Source: an uncultured Candidatus Saccharibacteria bacterium (GTDB lineage Bacteria; Patescibacteriota; Minisyncoccia; Phycocordibacterales; WO2-35-19). From it: 64,000 nt of DNA. Shown one piece after another: positions 56,314-64,000 of this stretch. The stretch's first letter is position 1; each line of letters starts with the position of its first letter. The notes beneath the pieces are model-generated. The model was given only the letters and a program-made list of their open reading frames with translations. It did not search any database and was not told where the DNA came from. A program made the translations under genes and the position numbers. The DNA lies in the NCBI GenBank assembly GCA_964589445.1, contig CAZPQX010000002.1, positions 91,882 through 155,881 on the forward strand. Reading direction: 5' to 3'.

Positions 56314-59300
56314 TTAATTATTTTTCTTGATCAAATCAACGTTTAGCGAAAGTCCTCGGAGGTTGCTTAGAAGCACGTTGAATGCTGCGGGTAGGTTTTC
56401 GACCAATATCCTTTCTCCTTTAACTATCGAATCAAATGCTGCGCTCCTTCCCTGTATGTCGTCAGACTTTATTGTGAGCATTTCGCGAAGAGTGTAAGCC
56501 ACACCGTGACCGAGGAGTGCCCAGACTTCCATTTCTCCAAATCTCTGTCCTCCACCTTGTGCTTTTCCTCCAAGAGGCTGCTGAGTGATGAGAGAGTAAG
56601 GACCGATAGAACGCATATGTATCTTGTCCTCCACCATGTGGTCCAGTTTGAGCATGTACATATATCCGACTGCTGTAGGTTTCTTAAAGGCTTCTCCAGT
56701 CCTTCCGTCAAAGAGTTGTACTTTACCGTTCTCGTCCCAACCAGCTTTTTTGAGCTCTTCTTTGACTTCAGTGTCAGTTGCTCCTGCAAAAGGAGGCACG
56801 ACAGCCTGGTATCCAAGGCTCTTTGCTGCAAGCCCTAGGTGAAGCTCGAGGATCTGTCCGAGGTTCATTCTTGATGGCACACCGAGAGGAGTAAGTACCA
56901 TATCTACTGGTGTACCATCTGCCATGTAAGGCATGTCTTCAACTGGAAGTATCTTTGAGATAACTCCTTTGTTTCCGTGTCTTCCGGCGAGCTTGTCACC
57001 CACTGATACATTTCTTACCTGTGCGATTTCAATGTGTATTCTCTTTATGATGCCTGACTCAAGTTTGTCGCCCCTCTCTCTTGAAAATACTTGTATATTT
57101 ATGATTCTTCCTTTCTTTCCACCCTCAACTCTCTTTGATGTGTCTTTCACATCTCTTGATTTTTCACCAAAGAGTGACCTTAGGAGTCTTTCTTCTGGAG
57201 TAAGTTGGGTCTCACCTTTTGGAGTGATTTTTCCTACAAGGATGTCACCTGGAGCCACTTCAGCACCGATCCTGATGATGCCGTCTTCGGCTAGGTTCCT
57301 GAGTTTGCTCTCTCCGACATTTGGTATGTCGCAAGTAGTCACTTCAGGTCCAAGTTTTGTATCGCGGACATTTACTACCACTTCATCTATATGTACAGTT
57401 GTAAATTTGTTGTCTCTGATCAACTTTTCTGAAAGTATGATCGCGTCTTCGTAGTTTGCTCCAGACCATGAAAGGAATGCTATCAAGATATTTTGTCCGA
57501 GAGCCATTTCACCCTTCACGCTTGTGAGAGTGTCAGCCAGCACGCCACCTTTCTTTACTTTATCCCCAAGGTTTACTGAAGGCCTCTGGTGGAAACAAGT
57601 CGCGCTGTTTGTTTTTGAGAAGTTTACAAGTTTGTATTCTGTCTTGTTGCCCTTGCTATCAGTTGTTTCTATTGTTTTACCATCAACCTTTGTGACAGTA
57701 CCTTCTGCTTCAGCCAAGATGAGTCTGCCTGTGTCTCTCATAGCAGCTCCTTCGATACCAGTAGCGACTAGAGGCGCTTCTGGATCTACACAAGGAGTTG
57801 CTTGTTTCTGCATGTTCGAACCCATGAGTGCTCTGTTTGCATCGTCGTGGTTTAGGAATGGGATCATGGCTGTAGCGATAGAAAAGGCTTGTCCTGTAGC
57901 TACATCCATATAGTCAACTTTGTCTTTTGTTACGATGCCTGGATTTCCGTTTATTCTCACTTCTACTGTGTCACCTTTTATTTTGCCGTTTTCGTCTCTG
58001 TCTACCGCGGCGTGAGCAATAGCGAAGTTTTCTTCTTCAAGTGCATTCAAATATTCTATTTCTGCTGTCACTACACCGTTTTTGACTTTGGCATAAGGAG
58101 TTTCGATCATTCCAAACTCGTTTACTCTAGCAAATAGAGCAAGGTGGAGGATAAGACCAATGTTTGGACCTTCTGGTGTATGTATAGGACAAAGTCTTCC
58201 GTAGTGAGAAGGGTGCACGTCGCGGACTTCAAATCCTGCCCTGCTCCTATTTAGACCGCCGGGACCTAGAGCCGAGAGGAGTCTTAAGTGCTCAATTTCT
58301 GAAAGAGGGTTGTCCTGATCCATGAACTGAGAAAGTTGGTTTGTAGTGAAAAACTCTTTCACTCTTGCTTGCAAAGGTTTGGTGACTACAAGCTGGATAG
58401 GTAGAGTGACATCAGTGTCTAGAGTAGACATTTTGTTCTGCATGTTTCTCTTTATCTGGGCCATACCCATCCTAAACTTCTGCTGCATCATTTCACCCAC
58501 ATATCTCACTCTTCTGCTACCTAGGTGGTCCACATCGTCTTCGGTTGCGTCTGGGGTGTTGTTTAGTTTGATTATTTCATTCACTACGAGCTTTATGTCC
58601 TCGAGGTTTAGAGTTCTTCTATCAAATTCTTTCCCTGAAGTTGGGAGGCCAAATCTGGCATTAAAACGGAACCTACCGACTCTCTGGAGGTCATATCTCT
58701 CAACATCAAAAAGGTTTTTGAAGAATTCTTTTGCGTTTTCTGCAGTAGCAAGGTCGCCATCTCGGAGCCTTCTGTATATTTCGACGAAAGATTCCCCTGC
58801 TGTCTTTGCATGGTCCTTTGCGATTGATTTTTCTATGTATTCTTTTGCGTCTGAGTTGCCCTTAAATAGGTCAAAGATTTCTGAGTCTGTCTCAGCTCCA
58901 AAAGCACGGAGCAAAGAAGCGACCGAAAACTTCCTCTTTCTGTCTATTCTTACATATATTACTTTGTCCGCATCAGTCTCTATTTCTATCCAAGCACCTC
59001 TTGAAGGGATGATTTTTGCACCAAAAACAGGCTTGCCTTTTGCTTCCATTTTTGTGAAAAACACACCAAATGACCTTGCGAGTTGAGGTACGATGACTCT
59101 CTCCACACCACTTATGATGAATGTACCGTGGTTGGTCATCATTGGGATTTCAGTCATGAAAACTTCCTGTTCTTTTTCAACATTCAAAGTCTTGTTTGTA
59201 AGCTTCACTTTTGCTTTGAGGGTAGCTTCATAAGTGAGCTTTTTTTCCTTTGCAAAGTATTCGTCATACTTTGGCTTCTCTATACTGAAACCAGTGAACT

Positions 59301-59478
59301 CAAACTTGAACTTTTTGCCTGTGAAGTCGTTTACTGCTGTAAACTCGTCCATCACTTCCTTCACGCCTTTTTCAAGTAGCCACTTGAAAGACTCCACCTG
59401 GTCTTTCACCAAGTTTGGCATCTGAGCCAGGTCTTTTTTGTACTTATCGAAATACTTTTTTGGCAAGACTTTTTCCAT
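56314..59478 (-). CDS. rpoB: DNA-directed RNA polymerase subunit beta
   Basis: 1054 aa; conserved beta-subunit blocks, immediately upstream of rpoC. Confidence 0.95.
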   Translation of the reverse strand: MEKVLPKKYFDKYKKDLAQMPNLVKDQVESFKWLLEKGVKEVMDEFTAVNDFTGKKFKFEFTGFSIEKPKYDEYFAKEKKLTYEATLKAKVKLTNKTLNVEKEQEVFMTEIPMMTNHGTFIISGVERVIVPQLARSFGVFFTKMEAKGKPVFGAKIIPSRGAWIEIETDADKVIYVRIDRKRKFSVASLLRAFGAETDSEIFDLFKGNSDAKEYIEKSIAKDHAKTAGESFVEIYRRLRDGDLATAENAKEFFKNLFDVERYDLQRVGRFRFNARFGLPTSGKEFDRRTLNLEDIKLVVNEIIKLNNTPDATEDDVDHLGSRRVRYVGEMMQQKFRMGMAQIKRNMQNKMSTLDTDVTLPIQLVVTKPLQARVKEFFTTNQLSQFMDQDNPLSEIEHLRLLSALGPGGLNRSRAGFEVRDVHPSHYGRLCPIHTPEGPNIGLILHLALFARVNEFGMIETPYAKVKNGVVTAEIEYLNALEEENFAIAHAAVDRDENGKIKGDTVEVRINGNPGIVTKDKVDYMDVATGQAFSIATAMIPFLNHDDANRALMGSNMQKQATPCVDPEAPLVATGIEGAAMRDTGRLILAEAEGTVTKVDGKTIETTDSKGNKTEYKLVNFSKTNSATCFHQRPSVNLGDKVKKGGVLADTLTSVKGEMALGQNILIAFLSWSGANYEDAIILSEKLIRDNKFTTVHIDEVVVNVRDTKLGPEVTTCDIPNVGESKLRNLAEDGIIRIGAEVAPGDILVGKITPKGETQLTPEERLLRSLFGEKSRDVKDTSKRVEGGKKGRIINIQVFSRERGDKLESGIIKRIHIEIAQVRNVSVGDKLAGRHGNKGVISKILPVEDMPYMADGTPVDMVLTPLGVPSRMNLGQILELHLGLAAKSLGYQAVVPPFAGATDTEVKEELKKAGWDENGKVQLFDGRTGEAFKKPTAVGYMYMLKLDHMVEDKIHMRSIGPYSLITQQPLGGKAQGGGQRFGEMEVWALLGHGVAYTLREMLTIKSDDIQGRSAAFDSIVKGERILVENLPAAFNVLLSNLRGLSLNVDLIKKNN

Positions 59479-59862
59479 AATTTTTTATTAACACAATAAA
59501 ATAACCCCCAAGATTTCTTAGGTTTATAATTTCCCCCCTTTTTAACTATTTGTTTTTAAATGAGTCAAACCAGAGAATTTGCTTTTAATCGGTCCCCCCT
59601 CTAGAGACTTGCCAAAAATTTGGCTTATGCTCTAGACGATTTTGGTTGTAAACAACCCCTCTATTGACAACCATAACTCATCCCTCATCAATGTAAGCTT
59701 TAGTATATACCTGAGTTAAAGTTTGTCAACTAAGTCAAGATGCACCTGTGGATAGTGAAATCCGCGTTAACCCACCTATTTCTCTGGGGAAACAAAATGG
59801 TCAATAGTACTAAAGGCTTTTATTCAATTCATATTTACAATAGTTTGCGTCTTTGCTAAGGT

Positions 59863-60204
59863 TTGAATTCTAGAGGTTCTATGCAAGAAAAATTGGTTGG
59901 TATCGGTTCGACGGTAACCGTCGAAGTCTATCTTGGAGAGGTAAAGATTGAGGGTTTCGGTCAGTCTCGGAGGAGATATCTCTCCTATGCTTTACATAAC
60001 AGCCAAACCTTGGTTATCACAAAAGACGCTGCAGATCTAGGTGGTAAAGGTTTACACCCCGACTCCTTTGCCGGGAGAGCTCTTTTGGGTTGTAGGGTTG
60101 CTGATGAGGTAGAGGTAAATATTGGGGGTCTCCCAGTCGAGCAGGTTAAGGTGGGTCAAGCAACTGGTAACCACCTCAAGTATAAAGTTCTCTCAATCAG
60201 CTAA
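59863..60204 (+). CDS. GreA/GreB C-terminal (FKBP-like) domain-only protein, Rnk-like (GC-rich ORFan)
   Basis: ...DAADLGGKGLHPDSFAGRALLGCRVADEVEVNIGGLPVEQVKV matches GreA C-domain pattern S..SP.G.ALLGK.VGDEVEV. Confidence 0.45.
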   Translation: MNSRGSMQEKLVGIGSTVTVEVYLGEVKIEGFGQSRRRYLSYALHNSQTLVITKDAADLGGKGLHPDSFAGRALLGCRVADEVEVNIGGLPVEQVKVGQATGNHLKYKVLSIS

Positions 60205-60218
60205 TCAGTAGTCAAGTA

Positions 60219-60247
60219 AAAGCGGAGCCATAGGCTCCGCTAGTTTT
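60219..60247 (+). terminator. rho-independent terminator
   Basis: agcggagcc-atag-gctccgct + tttttt. Confidence 0.6.
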
Positions 60248-60249
60248 TT

Positions 60250-60469
60250 ATAAACAGAAAGACCGCTCGGGATGGCACCCGTGGCGGTCTGGTTTTTTAT
60301 TTTTTGTCTTACCGCAACAATCTAGCGATTATTGCGGTGTTGCCTGGCGGCGCCTTTATTCCAATAAATGACGCCATCTACAATCCAGTAACGCGGCATA
60401 GGACACACCTCCATTTAAAGCCCTAAAATAAGGCACTAAATGGAAGTGTCCATACGCTTACTATCTAAC
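60250..60469 (-). ncRNA. candidate structured sRNA-4 (~220 nt); 3' hairpin homologous to that of sRNA-3
   Basis: Downstream of TTGACA-N16-TATACT (copy 4); long helix AUGGACACUUCCAUUUA/UAAAUGGAGGUGUGUCC; ends in CAGACCGC...GCGGUCUUUCU. Confidence 0.3.
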
Positions 60470-60476
60470 TACCTAT

Positions 60477-60504
60477 AGTATAGCATATATACAAACTTTG
60501 TCAA
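60477..60504 (-). promoter_or_regulatory. sigma70-type promoter TTGACA-N16-TATACT (copy 4)
   Basis: Plus-strand tgtcaa 60499-60504, agtata 60477-60482; flanking tatagcatatata motif shared with copies 1-2. Confidence 0.5.
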
Positions 60505-60545
60505 GTATTAAAATAGAGTTTTTTGAGGTGTAGTTTTGGGTCTTT

Positions 60546-61586
60546 TTACCTCCCTGCCCGGAGGAGTGCCACTACAAAGAGCGACTCTGCCCAGCCGAGT
60601 GGGGTGTTTTCGTTGGGTTTATTGGAGTCAGAGTAATAAAGCTCGGGGATTTGGCCGTTGTACGCTATTGCCTTAGATTTTTCGAGATACTCATGAGCTT
60701 TTTCTATGTTCCCCATTTCTCCATAAATGATCGAAGCCCAAGGGAAGCCAAAACACCATTCAGCTTCTTCGCTATAGCCATCATCATTTTTGTTGTAGTA
60801 TCGGTCGTTTTTGTATCTTATTATTCCGCGGTCCCTTTCTAAGTGGTACTCGAGGTGCCTCAAAATTTCTGTTTTCATTCTTTCTGAAACCATATCAAAT
60901 GGATAAATGAGCGAGAGTAGTGCTAGGTCGGTAAATTTGGTCTTAGACTCTCTGGGCAAAAGAGCGAGCAAGGCGTCTTCGCCATTTTTGATTAGATATT
61001 CCGGCACAGTCACATACTCCAAATTTTTCATTTTTTTGAGTCCGGCGACGCAAGCTCCGATAGACGAAGCGTGTACTTCTTCATATTCTTCCCAGACTCC
61101 GTTGTCACTGTCGTGCCAATACTCTATCGACTCAAGGTAATTTACAAGAAGCTGCAGCATGTACTTTTCTTCTTCTGTCTCTATTATCCTGATTCCCTTT
61201 TCTTCCAAATCCCCTATCTTGAAAAGCACCGCACCCACAGCGTCGTTTTGCTTGTTGCCCCACTCCTCCCAAAATTCCTCGAAGCTTTCTGGGTTGTAGC
61301 GGGCATGGATATATTGAAATGTAGAAGTGGGCTTGTTCTTGCTTGCCCAATCTATTTTGTCTTTGTGTTTTATAAATACAGCAAGCAGAGCCTTCCAAAC
61401 CTTCTTCACCGTCTCGACTTCCCCCACTTCTTCAAAAGCGAGGCAAGTGTAAAAGTTGTCCCTGATCCAAGCTTTGTTGTAGCCAGTCGAGACATCACTA
61501 CGGGAAGCCATAAAGAGGCCCGAAGCCGAGCCAAGCGATCTTATATTATCTAGGTGTCTCTCGACTAAATCATTTTCGATAATCAT
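60546..61586 (-). CDS. glycoside hydrolase family 15-like (glucoamylase-related) protein
   Basis: GLFMASRSDVSTGYNKAWIRDNFY resembles GH15 N-terminal catalytic motif; (alpha/alpha)6-like repeat pattern. Confidence 0.6.
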   Translation of the reverse strand: MIIENDLVERHLDNIRSLGSASGLFMASRSDVSTGYNKAWIRDNFYTCLAFEEVGEVETVKKVWKALLAVFIKHKDKIDWASKNKPTSTFQYIHARYNPESFEEFWEEWGNKQNDAVGAVLFKIGDLEEKGIRIIETEEEKYMLQLLVNYLESIEYWHDSDNGVWEEYEEVHASSIGACVAGLKKMKNLEYVTVPEYLIKNGEDALLALLPRESKTKFTDLALLSLIYPFDMVSERMKTEILRHLEYHLERDRGIIRYKNDRYYNKNDDGYSEEAEWCFGFPWASIIYGEMGNIEKAHEYLEKSKAIAYNGQIPELYYSDSNKPNENTPLGWAESLFVVALLRAGR

Positions 61587-61678
61587 TCGATTTTGCGAAA
61601 TTGTGCGATTCCCCAGAATCGTGCCGTGTTAATGTCTGTTGAAACACGGCCCAGTCCACTGGAGGACGGCCAATTTTT

Positions 61679-61999
61679 TTAGCTTAATAATGACTGCTCA
61701 TAAAGCTTCTTAGCCTCAAGCAAGAGGTCTTTGAGGTACGGTCTCTTGTTTTCCATTAGTTCCGCCATGAGCGGATAACTTTCTTTTGCCTCAACATACA
61801 GAGTCATCACTTTTTCTTCTTGCTTGAAAAACTCGAGCATTTTTAGAGCTATTTTTTCGTCGTAGTAGTTGTCACTCTTGCCTTTTTCGTCAGAAGGTTT
61901 GTTGCTTCTTATTTTTTCTATTATCTCTTTTGCTATATCCGTATCAAGCTGAGCCTGAGCGAGCATAAAGTCTAGCGGATTTTTAACTTCTTTTTTCAT
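61679..61999 (-). CDS. hypothetical protein
   Basis: 106-aa ORF, no motif recognised. Confidence 0.35.
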   Translation of the reverse strand: MKKEVKNPLDFMLAQAQLDTDIAKEIIEKIRSNKPSDEKGKSDNYYDEKIALKMLEFFKQEEKVMTLYVEAKESYPLMAELMENKRPYLKDLLLEAKKLYEQSLLS

Positions 62000-62229
62000 A
62001 TCTATTTTTTAAAATCTCTCTGCCAAGACACCGTGAGCCTTTATCATCTCAGGAGTTATTTCGTGATTATTAAACATTTCCAAAATTCTTGCCTCTGCTT
62101 CCTGATTTCTATCGCCCACTTCTACTGTCTCTACTTTGTTTGTTGTACCTATTCCCTCCATGGTTTTGAAAATTATAAATAAATTATTACTTATAATTAT
62201 ACACCCACCCCTGCCTTACCCCTGGGGAT

Positions 62230-62257
62230 ATCTAAAAAGTTGAAATATGGACATTTT
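62230..62257 (+). promoter_or_regulatory. sigma70-like promoter TTGAAA-N16-TAGTAT
   Basis: ttgaaa 62230-62235, tagtat 62252-62257. Confidence 0.4.
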
Positions 62258-62263
62258 GTTGTA

Positions 62264-62446
62264 GTATGCTTGTCAGAAATCGATATGATCTGGGCCATTC
62301 ATCATGGTCTGGGTGTCGAGGGTTGCATCCGTGACCACTGGAAAAACTGCGAGTATAGGGTACTCGAAAAGCCTCGCTAGCTTTCTTCCTACTTGTTCAT
62401 AGTTATCAAACCAAAGCCACGGGCACTCCCCGCGGCTTTTAATTAT
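62264..62446 (+). ncRNA. candidate sRNA-5 (~180 nt) or remnant; GC-rich island with terminator
   Basis: Ends in aaagccacgggcactccccgcggcttt + ttaattatttatttt; only a 31-codon ORF inside. Confidence 0.3.
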
Positions 62447-62548
62447 TTATTTTATTTCCTTTTTAATTTTTTTATATTTATACACTTTTTCTTTTCGCGG
62501 TCGCGAAATTCTGTATATAACAAATGGAACAATTGTTCCATTTGTTGA

Positions 62549-63193
62549 CTAAAATTTTTTTTTCTCTCCCCTCCTCCACTCCTCAATCTTTTTGTGATTT
62601 CCGGAAAGAAGTACTTTTGGTACTTTGTATTTTTTGTTTTTATAAACCAAAACTTCAGGTCTCGTATAAACTTCGCTGCTCGCCACTCTGTTTTCCTCTA
62701 CAGATTCTATTTTCCCTAGGACTCCAGGTATCCTCCTCGCCACTGTGTCCATTATTATCATCGCCGGCAGCTCCCCACCCGTCAAAACGAAAGGCCCGAC
62801 AGAAATACTCTCTGTTTTAAAAACTTTCCTGACTCTCTCGTCTATCCCCTCATACCTGCCGCATATCACGATGAGGTCTTTTATCTTTTTATATTTATCT
62901 GCCTTCTCGTTTGTAAACTGCTCTCCGCTTGGGCTAAGCCATATTATTTTTGAGCTTTTTGATTTTCCTTTTGCTTTAGCCACAGCCTTTATTACTGACT
63001 CTGCTTCTATGACCATGCCTGGGCCGCCGCCATACGGTTTTTGGTCTACCCTCCTGTGCTTATCTCTCGTGAAGTCGCGCGGGTTATAAAATTTAACTTT
63101 TATTTTTTTATCGGCAATAGCCCGCCCTAGGATAGACGAGTTTATATAAGAGTCGAAGCTCTCGGGGAAAAGTGTTATAAAATGAAAATTCAT
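62549..63193 (-). CDS. trmD: tRNA (guanine37-N1)-methyltransferase
   Basis: MNFHFITLFPESF..., GRYEGIDERV, YTRPEV motifs; start set at internal Met (track ORF begins 63211). Confidence 0.85.
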   Translation of the reverse strand: MNFHFITLFPESFDSYINSSILGRAIADKKIKVKFYNPRDFTRDKHRRVDQKPYGGGPGMVIEAESVIKAVAKAKGKSKSSKIIWLSPSGEQFTNEKADKYKKIKDLIVICGRYEGIDERVRKVFKTESISVGPFVLTGGELPAMIIMDTVARRIPGVLGKIESVEENRVASSEVYTRPEVLVYKNKKYKVPKVLLSGNHKKIEEWRRGEKKKF

Positions 63194-63240
63194 CGTCTCC
63201 TTAATATACAATATTTATCCAAAAAATCAATAAAGAGAAA

Positions 63241-63264
63241 GGGCGGGCCGCAAGCGGCCCGCCC
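63241..63264. terminator. perfect GC hairpin terminator (serves upstream minus-strand gene)
   Basis: gggcgggccgcaagcggcccgccc followed on minus strand by tttctctttattgatttttt. Confidence 0.65.
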
Positions 63265-63273
63265 CACTAAAGA

Positions 63274-63987
63274 TCAGTACACACCACCATCGAGCAGGTG
63301 GCGCTCGATTCCAACTTCCTCGAGAGTGAACCCCCACTCCTTCACTGCCTTATCGGCAAGGGCGCAGAGTCGGCTTCGGTTGGGCATATTGGCCCAATCC
63401 TCCTCCTTGCTCAGGAATTCACGTCTCGCCTCCTCCCTCACCTTATTAACCTCTCGGTGGAGGAGTTTATTGAGATATGGTCTTATTTCAGGGGGCTCAT
63501 CACTTTCGTCAAAGAACCTCCTCTCAAGCTCCTCAAAAAACTCAATCGGGTCTTTATTCTCGCAGTACCCTATGAGTTTCCCGGAGGCCATCATGGTCCT
63601 AAGACTTTGTATGACCTCCTCTTCGATGCCAACATTCGGGGAACCTCCCCTTAACCTGTTGATACCGTATTTGGTTTGCTCCTCTGGTGTCGGAAAGGGT
63701 GTCATAAAGGACATTCTGACATCCAGATCCTGATATGCCCTTGCAATCTTGTAGAGCTCACAGAGCTCCTGCTCCCGCACCAGGGCTTTTGGGGCAGGCC
63801 TCGTCTTGTTCAAGTAATCGTATCCTTTGGCCAGGTCTCTTAACCTGGCCTTCCTTTCTCGCGCAAGTACCTTTTTTTCGAGTGCGACTCTAGATTTTTC
63901 GGCCTCAGCCTGTTGGTGTTGGTTGTTTTGGTATATCCCAAAACCAACAAACCCAGCGCACACAACCATAAGCCAGCCTTTGTTCAT
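63274..63987 (-). CDS. hypothetical protein (GC-rich ORFan) with N-terminal TM
   Basis: 237 aa; GC well above trmD next door. Confidence 0.45.
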   Translation of the reverse strand: MNKGWLMVVCAGFVGFGIYQNNQHQQAEAEKSRVALEKKVLARERKARLRDLAKGYDYLNKTRPAPKALVREQELCELYKIARAYQDLDVRMSFMTPFPTPEEQTKYGINRLRGGSPNVGIEEEVIQSLRTMMASGKLIGYCENKDPIEFFEELERRFFDESDEPPEIRPYLNKLLHREVNKVREEARREFLSKEEDWANMPNRSRLCALADKAVKEWGFTLEEVGIERHLLDGGVY

Positions 63988-64000
63988 GTGAAGGTCTCCT

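Noticed and set aside
52557-59425. Numerous antisense or alternate-frame ORFs inside rpoC and rpoB
   Set aside because: Embedded in highly conserved genes; S/L/F-rich translations typical of antisense AT-rich DNA.
1-64000. rRNA genes, CRISPR arrays, integrase/transposase genes
   Set aside because: None detected; no long GC-rich conserved rRNA-like blocks, no short regularly spaced repeats, no recombinase motifs in any ORF.

Overview
This 64 kb window is low-GC and densely packed with housekeeping genes, mostly on the minus strand. It looks like a reduced genome, possibly CPR/Patescibacteria-like (inference only).

Identifiable genes include:
- six aminoacyl-tRNA synthetases (cysS, gltX, aspS, trpS, hisS) and a partial dcw block (murG-ftsW...mraY-dacA);
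- scpAB, uppP, trmD, uvrC, ribosomal proteins L9/L27, and a MacAB-like ABC efflux trio;
- a Pif1-like helicase, a UvrD-like helicase fused to an AddB/Cas4-like Fe-S nuclease, and dnaG-rpoD directly downstream of rpoB-rpoC.

Two tRNAs are present: tRNA-Ser(GGA) at 1370-1454 and tRNA-Gly(CCC) at 7504-7574. No rRNA or CRISPR array was seen.

The accessory signal sits mainly in the first 8.5 kb and in intergenic spacers:
1. Each tRNA is followed by a conserved ~45 nt hairpin element fused to a direct copy of that tRNA's 3' end. The element at tRNA-Gly encloses a GIY-YIG nuclease gene.
2. Four minus-strand structured sRNA candidates share a near-consensus sigma70 promoter (TTGACA-N16-TATACT/TATAAT). 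One is placed promoter-RNA-terminator-toxin, directly upstream of a solitary MazF/PemK-like toxin gene with no protein antitoxin. This type III TA-like layout is the most interesting candidate system here.
3. A DUF4238 gene sits beside tRNA-Ser.
4. An ~85-100 bp family of inverted-repeat-ended, palindromic elements (MITE/REP-like) has 7 copies, all directly 3' of minus-strand genes.
5. Eight GC-rich single-gene ORFan cassettes are scattered among the AT-rich housekeeping genes. These include a 2.1 kb GC-rich insert inside the dcw cluster that encodes a protein with an OMP-like C-terminal Phe.
6. An 85 bp tandem duplication covers the Fe-S cysteine triad at the 3' end of the helicase-nuclease gene.

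RNA identities (6S, SRP, RNase P, tmRNA) could not be assigned by eye. All coordinates of non-ORF features are approximate (+/-3 nt).
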